Source: Loktanella sp.
Lineage (GTDB): Bacteria; Pseudomonadota; Alphaproteobacteria; Rhodobacterales; Rhodobacteraceae
Length of the DNA: 64,000 nt
Direction: 5' to 3'
Assembly (NCBI GenBank): GCA_024686085.1
Contig: JAIBDT010000004.1
Location: 2,213-66,212, forward strand
The translations under genes were made by a program, and so were the position numbers. Position 1 is the first letter of the stretch. Each line of letters opens with the position of its first letter. Positions 40,595-51,625 of this stretch are shown piece by piece. The notes below the pieces were generated by a model, which was given only the letters and a program-made list of their open reading frames with translations, searched no databases and was not told where the DNA came from.

Positions 40595-41731
40595 CTAGTT
40601 CATGAATCCGGGTGCGAAAAAGTAGAACCCATAGGCCATAATCATTGCGGGCACTGTGGAGTAGATCGTCGCCCAGAACGCCGCGCTTGGGTTCAGGGCG
40701 ATTGCGGGGAATAGCGCGTCCCCGTCGTTCGAGATCGCGTTGCCCATCAGCGCGGCAAAGGGGATCAACCCATTGAGATACAATGTTGTGACCAAGACTT
40801 GTGGCCCGCATCCGGGGATCAGGCCAATCAGCACGCCCATCAAGGGCAGCAAAGGGGCCACCGACCCAAAAATGGCCTCAAGGTCAAAGCCCGCAAATTC
40901 GACGGTATAGTCGTAGGCCAGATAGGCCCCGATTACCCAAACCGAGATGAATGCGGTTTCTTCTGCCATACGGGTCAAGGGACCGTCTTGCCCATTGGTC
41001 ATCGCATTGACGGGGGAGGCGGCCCAGATCGCCAAGCCAACGGCTGTGCCTGCAAGGCCGATATAAAGGGCGATATCGCCCCAAACCGCGTCAACGTCCG
41101 CGCCGATCAGCTGTGTGATCCCGATTGCCAGGCCCGGTGCGGCGGCAGCAAGAAATGCATAGTCGCGCAGGCGCACATTGCCGATCCGTGGTGCCAAGGC
41201 GCAGCTTGGTGTGGGCTCTGCAAGGTATTTGTCCTTAGAGAAAGCATCCACAATCCAGCCCGAGATAATCCCAACTACAAAGCCTGTTGGCAGCACAACC
41301 AAGGCCGCGTCAGGTCGCGTCGCGATCAAGAGGAATGCCGCATCGCCCATGGTAGAGGTCAGTGCCGCGACAACGGCCCCGAAGCCCACGTTCCCTGACG
41401 AATAGGCAGCCACAACGACGACCGCACCGCCGCAACCAGGCGTCGCACCCAGCAGGGCTGCCATGGGCACTTGCCAGCCTTTTGCCCCCTTGAGGGACAG
41501 TCCGATGTCAAAGTTGAATACCCGCTCTGCACCGTAAAACAGCAATAGGGTCGCCGCCACAAACGCCGAAACCTGCGTGAATGCATCGACCATCAACCCG
41601 CGCGTTAGCTCGCCTAAAAAGGTGGGGGCGGTAGCGAGGGCTGCAAATACCAAGACCACGGCCAACCGTCTGAGGCGGAAAGGCCCAAACCGTCTTGATG
41701 TGACTTGCATCAGTGGTGCGGTGGTGTCCAT
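40595..41731 (-). CDS. putative manganese transporter (ArsP-2-like permease)
   Basis: Duplicated PGCGG...STMGDAAF / PGCGPQ...ISNDGDALFP motifs. Confidence 0.8.
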   Translation of the reverse strand: MDTTAPLMQVTSRRFGPFRLRRLAVVLVFAALATAPTFLGELTRGLMVDAFTQVSAFVAATLLLFYGAERVFNFDIGLSLKGAKGWQVPMAALLGATPGCGGAVVVVAAYSSGNVGFGAVVAALTSTMGDAAFLLIATRPDAALVVLPTGFVVGIISGWIVDAFSKDKYLAEPTPSCALAPRIGNVRLRDYAFLAAAAPGLAIGITQLIGADVDAVWGDIALYIGLAGTAVGLAIWAASPVNAMTNGQDGPLTRMAEETAFISVWVIGAYLAYDYTVEFAGFDLEAIFGSVAPLLPLMGVLIGLIPGCGPQVLVTTLYLNGLIPFAALMGNAISNDGDALFPAIALNPSAAFWATIYSTVPAMIMAYGFYFFAPGFMN

Positions 41732-41829
41732 GTGGACGCGTCCTTCTTGCGAATTGTTCTTAATTGCAGATATAGCACTTGAAGTCCGCACGGCAAGTGG
41801 CAAGTTGCACGGACAAACAGGAGTAACCC

Positions 41830-42276
41830 ATGACCGAAGACATCAAAGCCCGCCAAACCTTATTGGCGCGCCAATTCATCGAAGCGATCCCGCATGCTCG
41901 CGAATTGGGCATGAAAGTCACCGAGATTGGCGACGGGCGCGCGACGATCACCATGGGATATGATGAGCGGTTGATTGGCGATCCGGTGACTGGCGTCATC
42001 CATGGCGGTGCGGTGTCTGCATTGATGGACACTTGCGGCGGGGCGGCTGTGATGGCGCATCCGAGCGGTCCGTTGGGCACAGCGACGATTGACCTGCGAA
42101 TTGATTATATGCGCAGCGCCACACCTGGCGAAATGATTACTGCGACAGCTGAATGCTATCACATCACCCGCTCTGTCGCCTTTATCCGCGCGACCGCGAT
42201 GGATGCTGACACGGCCCGTCCGGTAGCCACAGCGACTGGCGCCTTTACCGTTGAAACAGGGGGGATCAAACGATGA
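41830..42276 (+). CDS. PaaI family thioesterase
   Basis: [17 protein letters not shown]. Confidence 0.92.
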   Translation: MTEDIKARQTLLARQFIEAIPHARELGMKVTEIGDGRATITMGYDERLIGDPVTGVIHGGAVSALMDTCGGAAVMAHPSGPLGTATIDLRIDYMRSATPGEMITATAECYHITRSVAFIRATAMDADTARPVATATGAFTVETGGIKR

Positions 42277-42767
42277 GCCGCCGTCCAGAGCCTGTCCAAG
42301 TCGTCAAGCAACGCCGCGATGCAATGCTGCAAAATATTGTCGCAGGTGTTCCGTATATCCAGTTTCTGGGCATTCAGTTTGAACGCCACGGCGACGAGCT
42401 AACTGCCGTGCTGCCATACAACGAGCGCAACATCGGTAACCCGATGATCCCGGCGCTCCACGGCGGTGTAACGGCTGCGTTTCTAGAGGTCGCTGCGATT
42501 ATCGAGCTAAGCTGGGCCGCGACATGGGAAGATATGGAAGCGGGCAAGATTTCCGAAGAGAAGCCGAAAATTCTACTACCAAAGACGATTGATTTTACCG
42601 TGGATTACCTGCGCTCTGGCCTGCCGCGTGATGCCTATGCGCGCGCGCGGGTAAACCGGTCTGGCCGCCGCTATGCGTCGGTGCATGTGGAGGCTTGGCA
42701 AGACAACCGTAGCCGGATGTTTGCACAGGCCACAGGTCATTTCTTGATGCCTGCACGGGATGGCTAA
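42273..42767 (+). CDS. PaaI family thioesterase
   Basis: [21 protein letters not shown]. Confidence 0.92.
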   Translation: MSRRPEPVQVVKQRRDAMLQNIVAGVPYIQFLGIQFERHGDELTAVLPYNERNIGNPMIPALHGGVTAAFLEVAAIIELSWAATWEDMEAGKISEEKPKILLPKTIDFTVDYLRSGLPRDAYARARVNRSGRRYASVHVEAWQDNRSRMFAQATGHFLMPARDG

Positions 42768-44073
42768 TGCACTGACCCACAAGCGGGTTCTGACCATTGC
42801 ATTGCCGATTGTGCTATCGAATGCGACCGTGCCGATCCTTGGGGTCGTGGATACGGGGGTGGTCGGTCAGCTGGGCGAGGCGGCCCCGATTGGTGCGGTT
42901 GGCATTGGTGCGATTATCCTTACCGCGTTCTACTGGATTTTCGGCTTTCTGCGCATGGGCACGGCGGGGCTGACAGCCCAAGCCAGTGGCGCGCAGGATG
43001 ATGCCGAGGTTGCTGCATTGTTGTCGCGTGCCTTGCTGATCGGATTTGGCGCAGGGGTCGTGATGATCTTGGGGCAGGTTCCGTTGTTCTGGCTGGCGTT
43101 CAAAGTTTCGCCTGCCACCCCAGAGGTCGAGACCCTTGCCCGCGACTATATGCAAATCCGTGTTTGGTCGGCCCCTGCAACGATTGGTCTATATGGGATT
43201 ATCGGGTGGTTAATTGCCCAAGAGCGCACGCGGGGTGTTTTTGCGATCCAAGTCTTGATGAACGGGTTGAATATCGGGTTGGATCTGCTGTTTGTGCTGC
43301 ACTTTGATTTTGGTGTCGCGGGGGTTGGCTGGGCGACGTTCTTGGCGGAATGGGGCGGGCTTGCGCTGGGCCTGTGGTTATGCCGTGATGCCTTTGCAGG
43401 CACGGGCTGGCGCGATAAGGCACGGGTGTTTGACCGTGTGCGTCTGATCAATATGGGCTTGGTGAATACCGACATTTTGATCCGGTCTGTGCTGCTGCAA
43501 GCGATCTTTGTCAGCTTTCTGTTTTGGGGGGCTGATTTTGGCAATGTGCAATTGGCGGCCAATCAGATCTTGCTGCAATTTCTGAATGTCACCGCCTATG
43601 CGCTAGACGGGTTTGCGGCCGCTGCTGAAAGCCTTGTGGGCCAAGCCTTGGGCGCCAAGAATGTCGCCCGTTTGCGCCGCGGCGCGATTTTGACAAGCGG
43701 ATGGGGGGCTGCGATCTGTGCGGGGTTGGCCGTTGTTTTTGCGGTCTTTGGCGGCACAATCATTGATATCATGACGACGGCCCCCGAGGTGCAAGACGCG
43801 GCCCGCGTGTATCTGCCGTATATGGTCGCAGCCCCGATTGTCGGGGTAGCATCATGGATGTTTGACGGAATTTTCATCGGTGCCACGCGGTCACGCGACA
43901 TGCGCAACATGATGGTTGTCTCGGCGCTGGCTTATTTTGGTGCGGTGATCCCGCTGATGTGGGCGTTTGGCAACCACGGGCTGTGGCTGGGGTTGTTGTT
44001 CAGTTTTGTTGTGCGCGGTGTGACTTTGGGCTGGAAATATCCAGCGCTAGAGGCATCGGCCCGCGCTGCTTAA
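42760..44073 (+). CDS. MATE efflux transporter (DinF-like)
   Basis: ALPIVLSN, GVVDTGVVG, FLRMGT, 12 TM segments. Confidence 0.92.
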   Translation: MANALTHKRVLTIALPIVLSNATVPILGVVDTGVVGQLGEAAPIGAVGIGAIILTAFYWIFGFLRMGTAGLTAQASGAQDDAEVAALLSRALLIGFGAGVVMILGQVPLFWLAFKVSPATPEVETLARDYMQIRVWSAPATIGLYGIIGWLIAQERTRGVFAIQVLMNGLNIGLDLLFVLHFDFGVAGVGWATFLAEWGGLALGLWLCRDAFAGTGWRDKARVFDRVRLINMGLVNTDILIRSVLLQAIFVSFLFWGADFGNVQLAANQILLQFLNVTAYALDGFAAAAESLVGQALGAKNVARLRRGAILTSGWGAAICAGLAVVFAVFGGTIIDIMTTAPEVQDAARVYLPYMVAAPIVGVASWMFDGIFIGATRSRDMRNMMVVSALAYFGAVIPLMWAFGNHGLWLGLLFSFVVRGVTLGWKYPALEASARAA

Positions 44074-44396
44074 TCAAACAGATCAAGCGCGTCCTCTGGC
44101 GGGCGTCCGATGACGGCTTGGTTGCCGACGATCACAATCGGGCGTTCGATCAGGATCGGGTTTTCGGCCATGAGCGCGATCAGCTCATCCTCGGTGCCGT
44201 CTTTGAATGCGGCCTCGCCACGGCGCACAAGTTGCGCGGCTTTCATTTGCAGCTTTGCCAAGACTTCGCGGATTTCATCGGCGCTGGGCGGGTCTTGAAG
44301 GTAAAGGCGGACCTTGTGGAACGGGTCTTTTGCCTGCACAATCGCCAAGGTCTGGCGCGATTTAGAACAGCGTGGGTTATGCCAAATGACGGTCAT
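44070..44396 (-). CDS. arsC: ArsC family reductase (glutaredoxin type)
   Basis: [20 protein letters not shown]. Confidence 0.85.
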   Translation of the reverse strand: MTVIWHNPRCSKSRQTLAIVQAKDPFHKVRLYLQDPPSADEIREVLAKLQMKAAQLVRRGEAAFKDGTEDELIALMAENPILIERPIVIVGNQAVIGRPPEDALDLFD

Positions 44397-45442
44397 AGGT
44401 AATCGTCCTTTCCTCTGCCAACTGCATCGGCAATTGATGTGAAACCATCTTTTTCCAGCAGGGCATCCAAGCCGCGTGCGATCTCGTCGGGCAAGGAAAT
44501 GCCGCCGAAAACTAGCGCTGTGTAGAGTTGCACCGCTGACGCGCCTGCGCGGATTTTGGCGTAGGCTTGTTCGGCGGACCCGACACCGCCAACCCCGATC
44601 AGGGGCAGGTTTGTGCGGGTGGAAAGCTGCGCTAGAATGCGGGTTGATTTCTCAAACAATGGCTGGCCTGATAGTCCGCCCATTTCGCCTGCGTGTTTGC
44701 TGTGCAGCCCTGTGCGGTCCAGCGTGGTGTTGGTCGCGATCACGGCAGAGATGCCCGACGCGTCGGCCACCGAGGCCACATCGTCAAGCGCTGCCTCGTC
44801 CAAGTCGGGCGCGATTTTCAGAAAGATTGGCAGCGGGCGGTCCAGTGCTGCGTTGGCCTCCATCACGCCTGCCAACAGGGCGGCAAGGGCGGCTTTGCCC
44901 TGCAAGTCGCGCAGCTTTTCGGTGTTGGGGGAGGACACGTTCACGGTGGCGAAATCCAGATGCGCGCCGCAGTGGGTTAGCACTTTTGCAAAATCGGCTG
45001 CGCGGTCGTCGCTGTCTTTGTTGGCCCCGAGGTTCAGCCCGATTACCCCTTTGGGGCGGGCGGACAGGCGGGCCTCGATGACCTCCATCCCTTGGTTGTT
45101 AAAGCCAAAGCGGTTGATAGCGGCGGCGTCTTCGGTCAGGCGAAACAGACGCGGTTTTGGGTTGCCGTCTTGCGGTCGCGGGGTGGCGGCGCCGACCTCG
45201 AGAAAGCCAAAGCCTGTGCCTGACAGCGCATGAAGCGCGGTTGCATTTTTGTCGAACCCAGCGGCAAGGCCTATTGGGTTGGGCAGGTCGAGACCTGCAA
45301 CTGTCGTGCGCAGGCGGTCGGATGTGAAGGGGCCGGTCTTTGGCCCAAGGCCCGCGTTAAGTGCTTGGATCGACAGCCCGTGTGCGGTTTCGGGGTCAAA
45401 CATGCGTAGGGCACGCAGGCCAATGTTTTCAACAATTTTCAT
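44393..45442 (-). CDS. pyrD: quinone-dependent dihydroorotate dehydrogenase
   Basis: AAGFDKN, NRFGFNN, NVSSPNT, LKIAPD, GGLSG. Confidence 0.97.
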   Translation of the reverse strand: MKIVENIGLRALRMFDPETAHGLSIQALNAGLGPKTGPFTSDRLRTTVAGLDLPNPIGLAAGFDKNATALHALSGTGFGFLEVGAATPRPQDGNPKPRLFRLTEDAAAINRFGFNNQGMEVIEARLSARPKGVIGLNLGANKDSDDRAADFAKVLTHCGAHLDFATVNVSSPNTEKLRDLQGKAALAALLAGVMEANAALDRPLPIFLKIAPDLDEAALDDVASVADASGISAVIATNTTLDRTGLHSKHAGEMGGLSGQPLFEKSTRILAQLSTRTNLPLIGVGGVGSAEQAYAKIRAGASAVQLYTALVFGGISLPDEIARGLDALLEKDGFTSIADAVGRGKDDYL

Positions 45443-45771
45443 GACAAGTCTCCAAGCTGGTGCACGCCATCGACAATGGGTAGCGGGCGGGACCAAACAA
45501 CGTCTTGCATGCGCAGGGCGCGGAACAGGTGTGGGAACAGTTGCCCGCCACGCGATGGCTCCCACTTTAGCGCATCCAGTCCGTCTGCCTCGACGGCGAC
45601 CAAGACCAGATCATCGGCATCAGCGAAGTAAAGTGCTGCCGTGGTTTGCACGGTTTCGCCGCTGGAAAAATGCACAAAGCCGTCCGCCAAATCAATTGGT
45701 GCCCCAAGCGTTTGGCCGTCTGCTTGCATTTGCGCCCATTCATTGGCGCGGAATATCTTGTAAATCAACAT
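45439..45771 (-). CDS. DUF952 family protein
   Basis: [20 protein letters not shown]. Confidence 0.9.
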   Translation of the reverse strand: MLIYKIFRANEWAQMQADGQTLGAPIDLADGFVHFSSGETVQTTAALYFADADDLVLVAVEADGLDALKWEPSRGGQLFPHLFRALRMQDVVWSRPLPIVDGVHQLGDLS

Positions 45772-45925
45772 AGGCGTTTCATGGCGATTGCATCATGATT
45801 GGTCAAGCGGGCGCTTGTCACAAAGCTGTCGTAACGGAAAGCTAAGGCAATGTGAGTTCGGTGTTTGACTCCTGCACAAGCGGTTGCCAAGCTGCGGGCA
45901 ATGTAACCTAAGGGGGATTAATCCT

Positions 45926-47485
45926 ATGTTATCACGAATCCTAACATCCACATGTGCATTGGCGCTGACGGCCTCTGCGGCGGCGGCGGACTATTCGCTG
46001 ACCATTCTGCACACAAACGATTTCCACGCGCGTTTCGAGCCGATCAGCAAGTATGACAGCGGCTGCGGCGTGGAAGATAATGCCGAGGGCAAATGCTTTG
46101 GCGGGACTGCGCGTCTTGTCACTGCGGTGGCCGAGGCTCGCGCACGCACAAACAATTCCATTCTTGTTGATGGTGGCGACCAGTTCCAAGGCACGTTGTT
46201 CTATACATATTACAAGGGCGCTATGGCCGCCGAGTTCATGAACAAGCTCGGCTATGACGGCATGACTGTCGGCAACCACGAGTTTGATGATGGTCCAGAG
46301 GTCCTTGCGGGCTTTATGGATACGGTCAATTTTCCTGTGTTGATGTCGAACGCTGATGTCTCTGGCGAGCCTTTGCTGGCTGGCAAGCTGGCGAAGTCCA
46401 CGATCATTGAACGTGGTGGCGAAAAGATCGGCATGATCGGTTTGACCCCACAGAACACGGACGAATTGGCCAGCCCGGGCGACAACGTGATCTTTACCGA
46501 TCCTGCGGGCGCGGTTCAGGCCGAAGTTGACCTGCTGACAGCCGAGGGTGTGAACAAGATCATCGTGCTGTCCCACTCTGGCTATGTTGTTGACCAAGAA
46601 GTTGCGGCGAATACGACTGGCGTTGACGTAATCGTTGGCGGACACTCGAACACGCTGCTGTCCAACACGAATGAGGATGCGGTCGGTCCGTACCCGACGA
46701 TGGTTGGCAATACCGCGATCCTGTCTGCCTATGCTTACGGTAAATTCTTGGGCGAATTGAACGTCACTTTTGATGATGAAGGCAACATCACCGAAGCTGT
46801 CGGCGAGCCGATCCTGATCGACGGCCAAGTGGCAGAAGATGCCGACACAGTGGCACGTATCGCTGAACTTGCCGCTCCACTGGATGAAATCCGCAACAAG
46901 GTTGTGGCGACATCAGGGTCCACAATCGACGGAAACCGCGACAATTGCCGCGTGATGGAATGCGAGATGGGCAACCTTGTGGCTGAGGCAATGCTTGACC
47001 GCGTGGCAGACCAAGGCATCCAGATCGCGATTGCCAACTCTGGCGGTTTGCGGTCGTCCATCGATGAAGGCGACGTGACAATGGGCGAAGTGCTGACTGT
47101 GCTGCCGTTCCAGAACACGCTGTCGACGTTCTATGTGTCGGGTCAGACCGTTGTGGATGCGCTAGAAAACGGCGTCTCGGAAATCGCGGAAGTTGCGGGT
47201 CGTTTCCCGCAGGTCGCAGGCATGACGTTCATCGTTGATCCCGCGGCCGAAGTGGGTGCGCGTATCTCTGACGTGATGGTTGCTGGCGCGCCGATTGATG
47301 TGGCCGCAACTTACGGGTTGGTGTCCAACAACTATGTGCGCAATGGCGGAGACGGCTATAAGATGTTCCGCGACGCGGATAACGCCTATGACTTTGGCCC
47401 AGACCTTGCGGATGTGACTGCGGAATACCTTGCCGCACAAGGCGCATACACAGCGTTCCTTGATGGGCGTATTACGGTAAAGTAA
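45926..47485 (+). CDS. periplasmic 5'-nucleotidase / metallophosphoesterase
   Basis: LHTNDFH, DGGDQFQGT, GNHEFD, GGHSN, NSGGLR, GGDGY; signal peptide. Confidence 0.95.
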   Translation: MLSRILTSTCALALTASAAAADYSLTILHTNDFHARFEPISKYDSGCGVEDNAEGKCFGGTARLVTAVAEARARTNNSILVDGGDQFQGTLFYTYYKGAMAAEFMNKLGYDGMTVGNHEFDDGPEVLAGFMDTVNFPVLMSNADVSGEPLLAGKLAKSTIIERGGEKIGMIGLTPQNTDELASPGDNVIFTDPAGAVQAEVDLLTAEGVNKIIVLSHSGYVVDQEVAANTTGVDVIVGGHSNTLLSNTNEDAVGPYPTMVGNTAILSAYAYGKFLGELNVTFDDEGNITEAVGEPILIDGQVAEDADTVARIAELAAPLDEIRNKVVATSGSTIDGNRDNCRVMECEMGNLVAEAMLDRVADQGIQIAIANSGGLRSSIDEGDVTMGEVLTVLPFQNTLSTFYVSGQTVVDALENGVSEIAEVAGRFPQVAGMTFIVDPAAEVGARISDVMVAGAPIDVAATYGLVSNNYVRNGGDGYKMFRDADNAYDFGPDLADVTAEYLAAQGAYTAFLDGRITVK

Positions 47486-47508
47486 GCGAATAAGCTAAGT
47501 TAGGATTG

Positions 47509-47542
47509 GCCCCCGTTGCAGCGATGTGGCGGGGGCTTTTTT
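47509..47542 (+). terminator. rho-independent terminator
   Basis: GCCCCCGTTGCA..TGTGGCGGGGGC followed by T6. Confidence 0.8.
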
Positions 47543-47553
47543 GTCGTTAGATT

Positions 47554-48258
47554 CTACCGAAACCCCGCGGGTTTGAATTTTACCATAGCCTCTGGCCCGC
47601 GGGGATCAACGTCGTAAAGCTCGGGGCGTTTGTTCAGATAGTTTCGCCAGCTTCGTTCGGGAGTCTGGCTGATCAGGGTGCCGTGCTTTTGACGCATCAC
47701 TGTGCTGAGATGTTCAATACGCATACCGCACCCACCGACACTATGTTCACGGATCTCGACGCGAATTTTATGATCTAGGTCCGCCGCGCAGCAAGGTTCA
47801 GATATGGCTTTGGGCGGGTTCGGAGCCGCGACGGGCACAGGTTTAGGTTTTGCGACCTTTGGGGCCAGTTCGGTGAATATCGAACAAGCCATCCGAAACC
47901 CGTCAGCGGCCTTTACTTCGCCGACCCCATGCACCAGCACGCCAAACTCGCGCAGACGAAAAGCAAGGTGCGAAAAGTCGCCATCCGATGTCGCGATCAA
48001 GAATATTTCGATGCCGTGGACCAGCGCCAGTTCCATGGCTTCAATACACAACAAGATATCGGCTGAATTCTTGCCCGCGCCCGCGTGCCTGCCTTCAAAC
48101 CCGGGCTTGGATAGCCAGTCAGACGGGTTTGATCCATTGACGTAGCTGCGTGCAATGTCGATGCGACCAAGTGTGCTGGCCTTTGCTAGAATCATCGGTG
48201 CAAAAGAGTGGCTAATGTTGTCCCCATCGACTAGAACGGCAATTCGCGCGGTGCTCAT
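47554..48258 (-). CDS. NYN (PIN-like) domain protein with C-terminal OST-HTH/LOTUS-like domain
   Basis: LVDGDNI, GKNSADI, TSDGDFS; Pro-rich linker followed by a helical domain. Confidence 0.85.
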   Translation of the reverse strand: MSTARIAVLVDGDNISHSFAPMILAKASTLGRIDIARSYVNGSNPSDWLSKPGFEGRHAGAGKNSADILLCIEAMELALVHGIEIFLIATSDGDFSHLAFRLREFGVLVHGVGEVKAADGFRMACSIFTELAPKVAKPKPVPVAAPNPPKAISEPCCAADLDHKIRVEIREHSVGGCGMRIEHLSTVMRQKHGTLISQTPERSWRNYLNKRPELYDVDPRGPEAMVKFKPAGFR

Positions 48259-48388
48259 GTGAGCCTCTCAAAATAGTATCGTAAATCAATGGGCTTGGTA
48301 TCGCACCAATTTGTGGCGGCAATTTGGCGTTCTGTCAAACGGTGGCACGCCACTGGTGTGCGGTCTAATTTACCCGCATACTGCCTTT

Positions 48389-49027
48389 ATGTGCGGACGA
48401 ATGGCGATCACTTTGCCCCATGATGCGATGGCTCAGATGTTTGACGCGACGCCGTCGAATGACCTGCCGGATGTGCCCAATCATAATGTTTGCCCCACAA
48501 CCCAAGTGGGTGTTGTCACGGCATCAGATGGTGTGCGCCGCCTGCGGTCGATGCGCTGGGGCTTTATTCCGCATTGGTATGATAAGCCCAATGGTGGTCC
48601 GCTTTTGATCAATGCAAGGTCAGAGACTATTGCCCAGAAACCTGCGTTTCGGGATGCCTGTCGCGCACGCCGATGCTTGATTGGCATGTCAGGGTTTTAT
48701 GAATGGGAACGGATCGAGGGGCAAAAGCCCAAGCCGTGGTTTGTTTCCCGCAGTGATGGTGCCTCGATGGTGTTTGCCGGTATCTGGCAGGACTGGGGGC
48801 AGGGGGCTGATACGCTGTCGACGTTTGCGATTGTCACGACGGCTGCGAATGAGGCGATGGGTAAAATCCATCACCGTTTGCCGGTGATCCTGACACCTGA
48901 TCAATGGGCGCTGTGGCTGGGCGAGCAAGGCAAAGGCGCTGCAAGGCTCATGAAAAGCGCGCCCGAAGACGCGCTTACATTCACAGAATACCACGGTGAT
49001 TTAAACCCGCGTAGAATTCAGTATTAA
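48389..49027 (+). CDS. SOS response-associated peptidase (SRAP/HMCES), C-terminus apparently divergent
   Basis: MCGR start, INARSET, FYEW, IHHRLP. Confidence 0.9.
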   Translation: MCGRMAITLPHDAMAQMFDATPSNDLPDVPNHNVCPTTQVGVVTASDGVRRLRSMRWGFIPHWYDKPNGGPLLINARSETIAQKPAFRDACRARRCLIGMSGFYEWERIEGQKPKPWFVSRSDGASMVFAGIWQDWGQGADTLSTFAIVTTAANEAMGKIHHRLPVILTPDQWALWLGEQGKGAARLMKSAPEDALTFTEYHGDLNPRRIQY

Positions 49028-49434
49028 CACAAAACACGGTTATCTGGGCAGGAGAGCGGCGCGCTATAGTAGCTAAGGTTCGCACCGTTTTTTGCGTAAT
49101 AACTGCTGTAGCCGTCGCTAAGGATAGGCGCGGGAATGCTAGAGCCGATAGTGCTTAAAGTTCCGGAATTCAACACCATTTGATGTTTGCCCTTGTTCCC
49201 AACCCAAGGCGTGAAGGTAACCCAATTTGGATAATAGTAACTGCCGGTATTTTTCGCGACAATCGCAGTGCGCCCGCTGATATTATTAAAAGTAACTGTA
49301 TCACCTACGGAGATATACAGCGTACTGGGGAAGTAGCCGTTTTTGGTGATGAATATCTCGTGTTCTGCTGCTTGCGATGATGTCGCCATCAGCCCAAAGC
49401 AAATCGCTAAAGTCATACGTGTTGGCAGTTTCAT
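49024..49434 (-). CDS. secreted cupredoxin-like protein without obvious copper ligands
   Basis: Signal peptide; FPSTLYISVGDTVTFNN; AT-richer than its flanks. Confidence 0.55.
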   Translation of the reverse strand: MKLPTRMTLAICFGLMATSSQAAEHEIFITKNGYFPSTLYISVGDTVTFNNISGRTAIVAKNTGSYYYPNWVTFTPWVGNKGKHQMVLNSGTLSTIGSSIPAPILSDGYSSYYAKNGANLSYYSAPLSCPDNRVLC

Positions 49435-49575
49435 TGGATCAGTCCGATCATTAGAGTTATTGCGTTGTGATCTTGGTAAACAGCGAATCTGGCGAAGATA
49501 TGGCGAAATCTGGTCTAGAAATGTTCAAAACCCTCTTGCATCGCCTGTCCGCATCGCCATATAGATCAGGCGCAC

Positions 49576-49649
49576 GCGGGCGTTGTGTAATGGTAAGACC
49601 TCAGTTTTCCAAACTGAAGACACGGGTTCGATTCCCGTCGCCCGCTCCA
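49576..49649 (+). tRNA. tRNA-Gly (TCC)
   Basis: GCGGGCG/CGCCCGC acceptor stem, TCAGT-TTTCCAA-ACTGA anticodon arm, GGTTCGATTCC T-arm, encoded CCA. Confidence 0.97.
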
Positions 49650-49718
49650 ATCCACATGACCGGATGATATGGGTCCGCGCAGGCCGGTTCGGGACGTATT
49701 GCCGAAGGACCGCCCGAC

Positions 49719-51512
49719 ATGGCCAAGCCCCCAAGATTGAACGCCGAAGACCGTGCCACATCCAAAAATATTGGTGCGATGGGTCAACTTTGGCCGTTTG
49801 TCCGCCCCTACAAAAAGATGGTCACTTTGGCGTTAATCGCGCTGACGTTCACGGCAATGATATCGTTGGTGATGCCGCTGGCGGTCCGCCGCGTAATCGA
49901 CAACTTTGATGTCTCCGACGGGTCTGTTCTAGACAGTTACTTTGGCTTTGCCTTTGTGATTGCGGGACTTTTGGCCGTCGGCACAGCCCTGCGCTATTAT
50001 CTGGTGACCCGTTTGGGGGAACGCATTGTGGCCGACATTCGCGTGGCCGTGTTTGATCGTATGATTGGCATGTCGCCTGCGTTTTTTGAAAAAGTCATGA
50101 CGGGTGAGGTATTAAGCCGGATCACAACGGACACCACGCTGATCTTGTCCGTGATCGGGTCGTCCGTTTCGGTGGCCTTGCGCAATGTGTTGATCTTGTT
50201 TGGTGGCATTGGCTTGATGCTATGGACCTCTGTGAAGATGACAGGGCTGGTGTTGTGGCCGATCCCTGTTGTTCTGATCCCGATTATTCTGTTGGGCCGC
50301 CGTGTCCGCACATTAAGTCGCGAAAACCAAGACTGGATTGCCGCTTCGTCGGGTGATGCGTCAGAGCAGCTGTTGTCGGCGCAAACCGTGCAGGCCTTTA
50401 CCCACGAAAACCTGTCCCGCAAAAAGTTCTATGACGTGACCGAGAAAAGCTTTGTCGTTGCCAAACGCCGTATTGAGACCCGCGCCGTCATGACAGCGAT
50501 CGTGATTTTCATCGCGTTCTCGGCGGTTGTTGGGTTCTTGTGGATGGGTGCCGCAGACGTCCGTGCGGGTGTGATCAGCGTGGGCGAGTTGGTCCAGTTC
50601 ATGATTTACACGATTATGGTTGCAGGCGCTTTGGGTGCTTTGACCGAGATTTGGGGCGAATTGCAGCGCGCTGCCGGCGCGACCGAGCGGTTGGTCGAGT
50701 TGTTGCAAGCTGATGATGCGGTCAAAGATCCTGAAAATCCTGTCGCCGTACCTGACACGCAAGCCGCCGAGATTACGTTTGAGAATGTGACTTTTGCCTA
50801 TCCGGGGCGTCCGACGATCTCTGCGCTGGCCGAGGTAAGCTTGACCGTGAAACCTGGTGAAAGCGTCGCCCTTGTTGGCCCGTCAGGTGCGGGTAAGTCG
50901 ACGGTTATTCAATTGCTGCAGCGGTTCTATGACCCGCAAGAGGGTGCCATCAAGATCGATGGTGTTGATCTGCGTGACATGACCCGTTCTGATTTCCGCA
51001 AGCATGTCGCGCTTGTGCCGCAAGACCCTGTGATCTTTGCCGATACCGCCCGTGAAAACATTCGCTTTGGTCGCCCCGATGCGAGTAATGCCGAGGTCGA
51101 GGCCGCAGCCAAGGCCGCGGCGGCGCATGATTTCCTGATGGCGCTGCCCGAAGGCTATGACAGCCAAGTGGGCGAGCGTGGCGTGATGTTGTCGGGCGGT
51201 CAAAAGCAACGGATCGCAATTGCCCGCGCGATTCTGCGCGATGCGCCCATCTTGCTGTTGGACGAGGCGACGAGTGCGCTGGACGCTGAAAGCGAAAAGC
51301 TGGTGCAAACGGCTGTCGAGGACCTTGCCCGCACCCGTACAACGTTGATCGTGGCGCACCGTTTGGCGACAGTCAAACAGGCAGACCGGATTGTCGTGTT
51401 TGATGGCGGCCGTATCGTGGCCACGGGCACGCATGATGCATTGGTCGCTGAGGGTGGTCTGTATGCCCGTCTTGCGCGTTTGCAGTTTACCTCTGGGTTA
51501 GATGCCGAATGA
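49719..51512 (+). CDS. ABC exporter, fused permease/ATPase (MsbA-like)
   Basis: 6 TM segments, [28 protein letters not shown]-like VAHR switch. Confidence 0.95.
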   Translation: MAKPPRLNAEDRATSKNIGAMGQLWPFVRPYKKMVTLALIALTFTAMISLVMPLAVRRVIDNFDVSDGSVLDSYFGFAFVIAGLLAVGTALRYYLVTRLGERIVADIRVAVFDRMIGMSPAFFEKVMTGEVLSRITTDTTLILSVIGSSVSVALRNVLILFGGIGLMLWTSVKMTGLVLWPIPVVLIPIILLGRRVRTLSRENQDWIAASSGDASEQLLSAQTVQAFTHENLSRKKFYDVTEKSFVVAKRRIETRAVMTAIVIFIAFSAVVGFLWMGAADVRAGVISVGELVQFMIYTIMVAGALGALTEIWGELQRAAGATERLVELLQADDAVKDPENPVAVPDTQAAEITFENVTFAYPGRPTISALAEVSLTVKPGESVALVGPSGAGKSTVIQLLQRFYDPQEGAIKIDGVDLRDMTRSDFRKHVALVPQDPVIFADTARENIRFGRPDASNAEVEAAAKAAAAHDFLMALPEGYDSQVGERGVMLSGGQKQRIAIARAILRDAPILLLDEATSALDAESEKLVQTAVEDLARTRTTLIVAHRLATVKQADRIVVFDGGRIVATGTHDALVAEGGLYARLARLQFTSGLDAE

Positions 51513-51625
51513 TGCGGATTTTCGCAGCGTAACAGTTGCCAAGTCACAAGAATTTCAACAGTCTTGTCGTCGAAGTATCACGCGACACCTAAAGTTGCGG
51601 ACATCAATGCGGGGAGGAGACTTGC

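Noticed and set aside
41732-41829. yybP-ykoY manganese riboswitch before the putative Mn transporter
   Set aside because: The interval is short, shared with the divergent thioesterase promoter, and lacks the GGGGAGTA/L1-L3 signatures.
49467-49560. VNS-containing frame as the displaced SRAP tail
   Set aside because: Only three residues match; the rest does not resemble SRAP C-termini.
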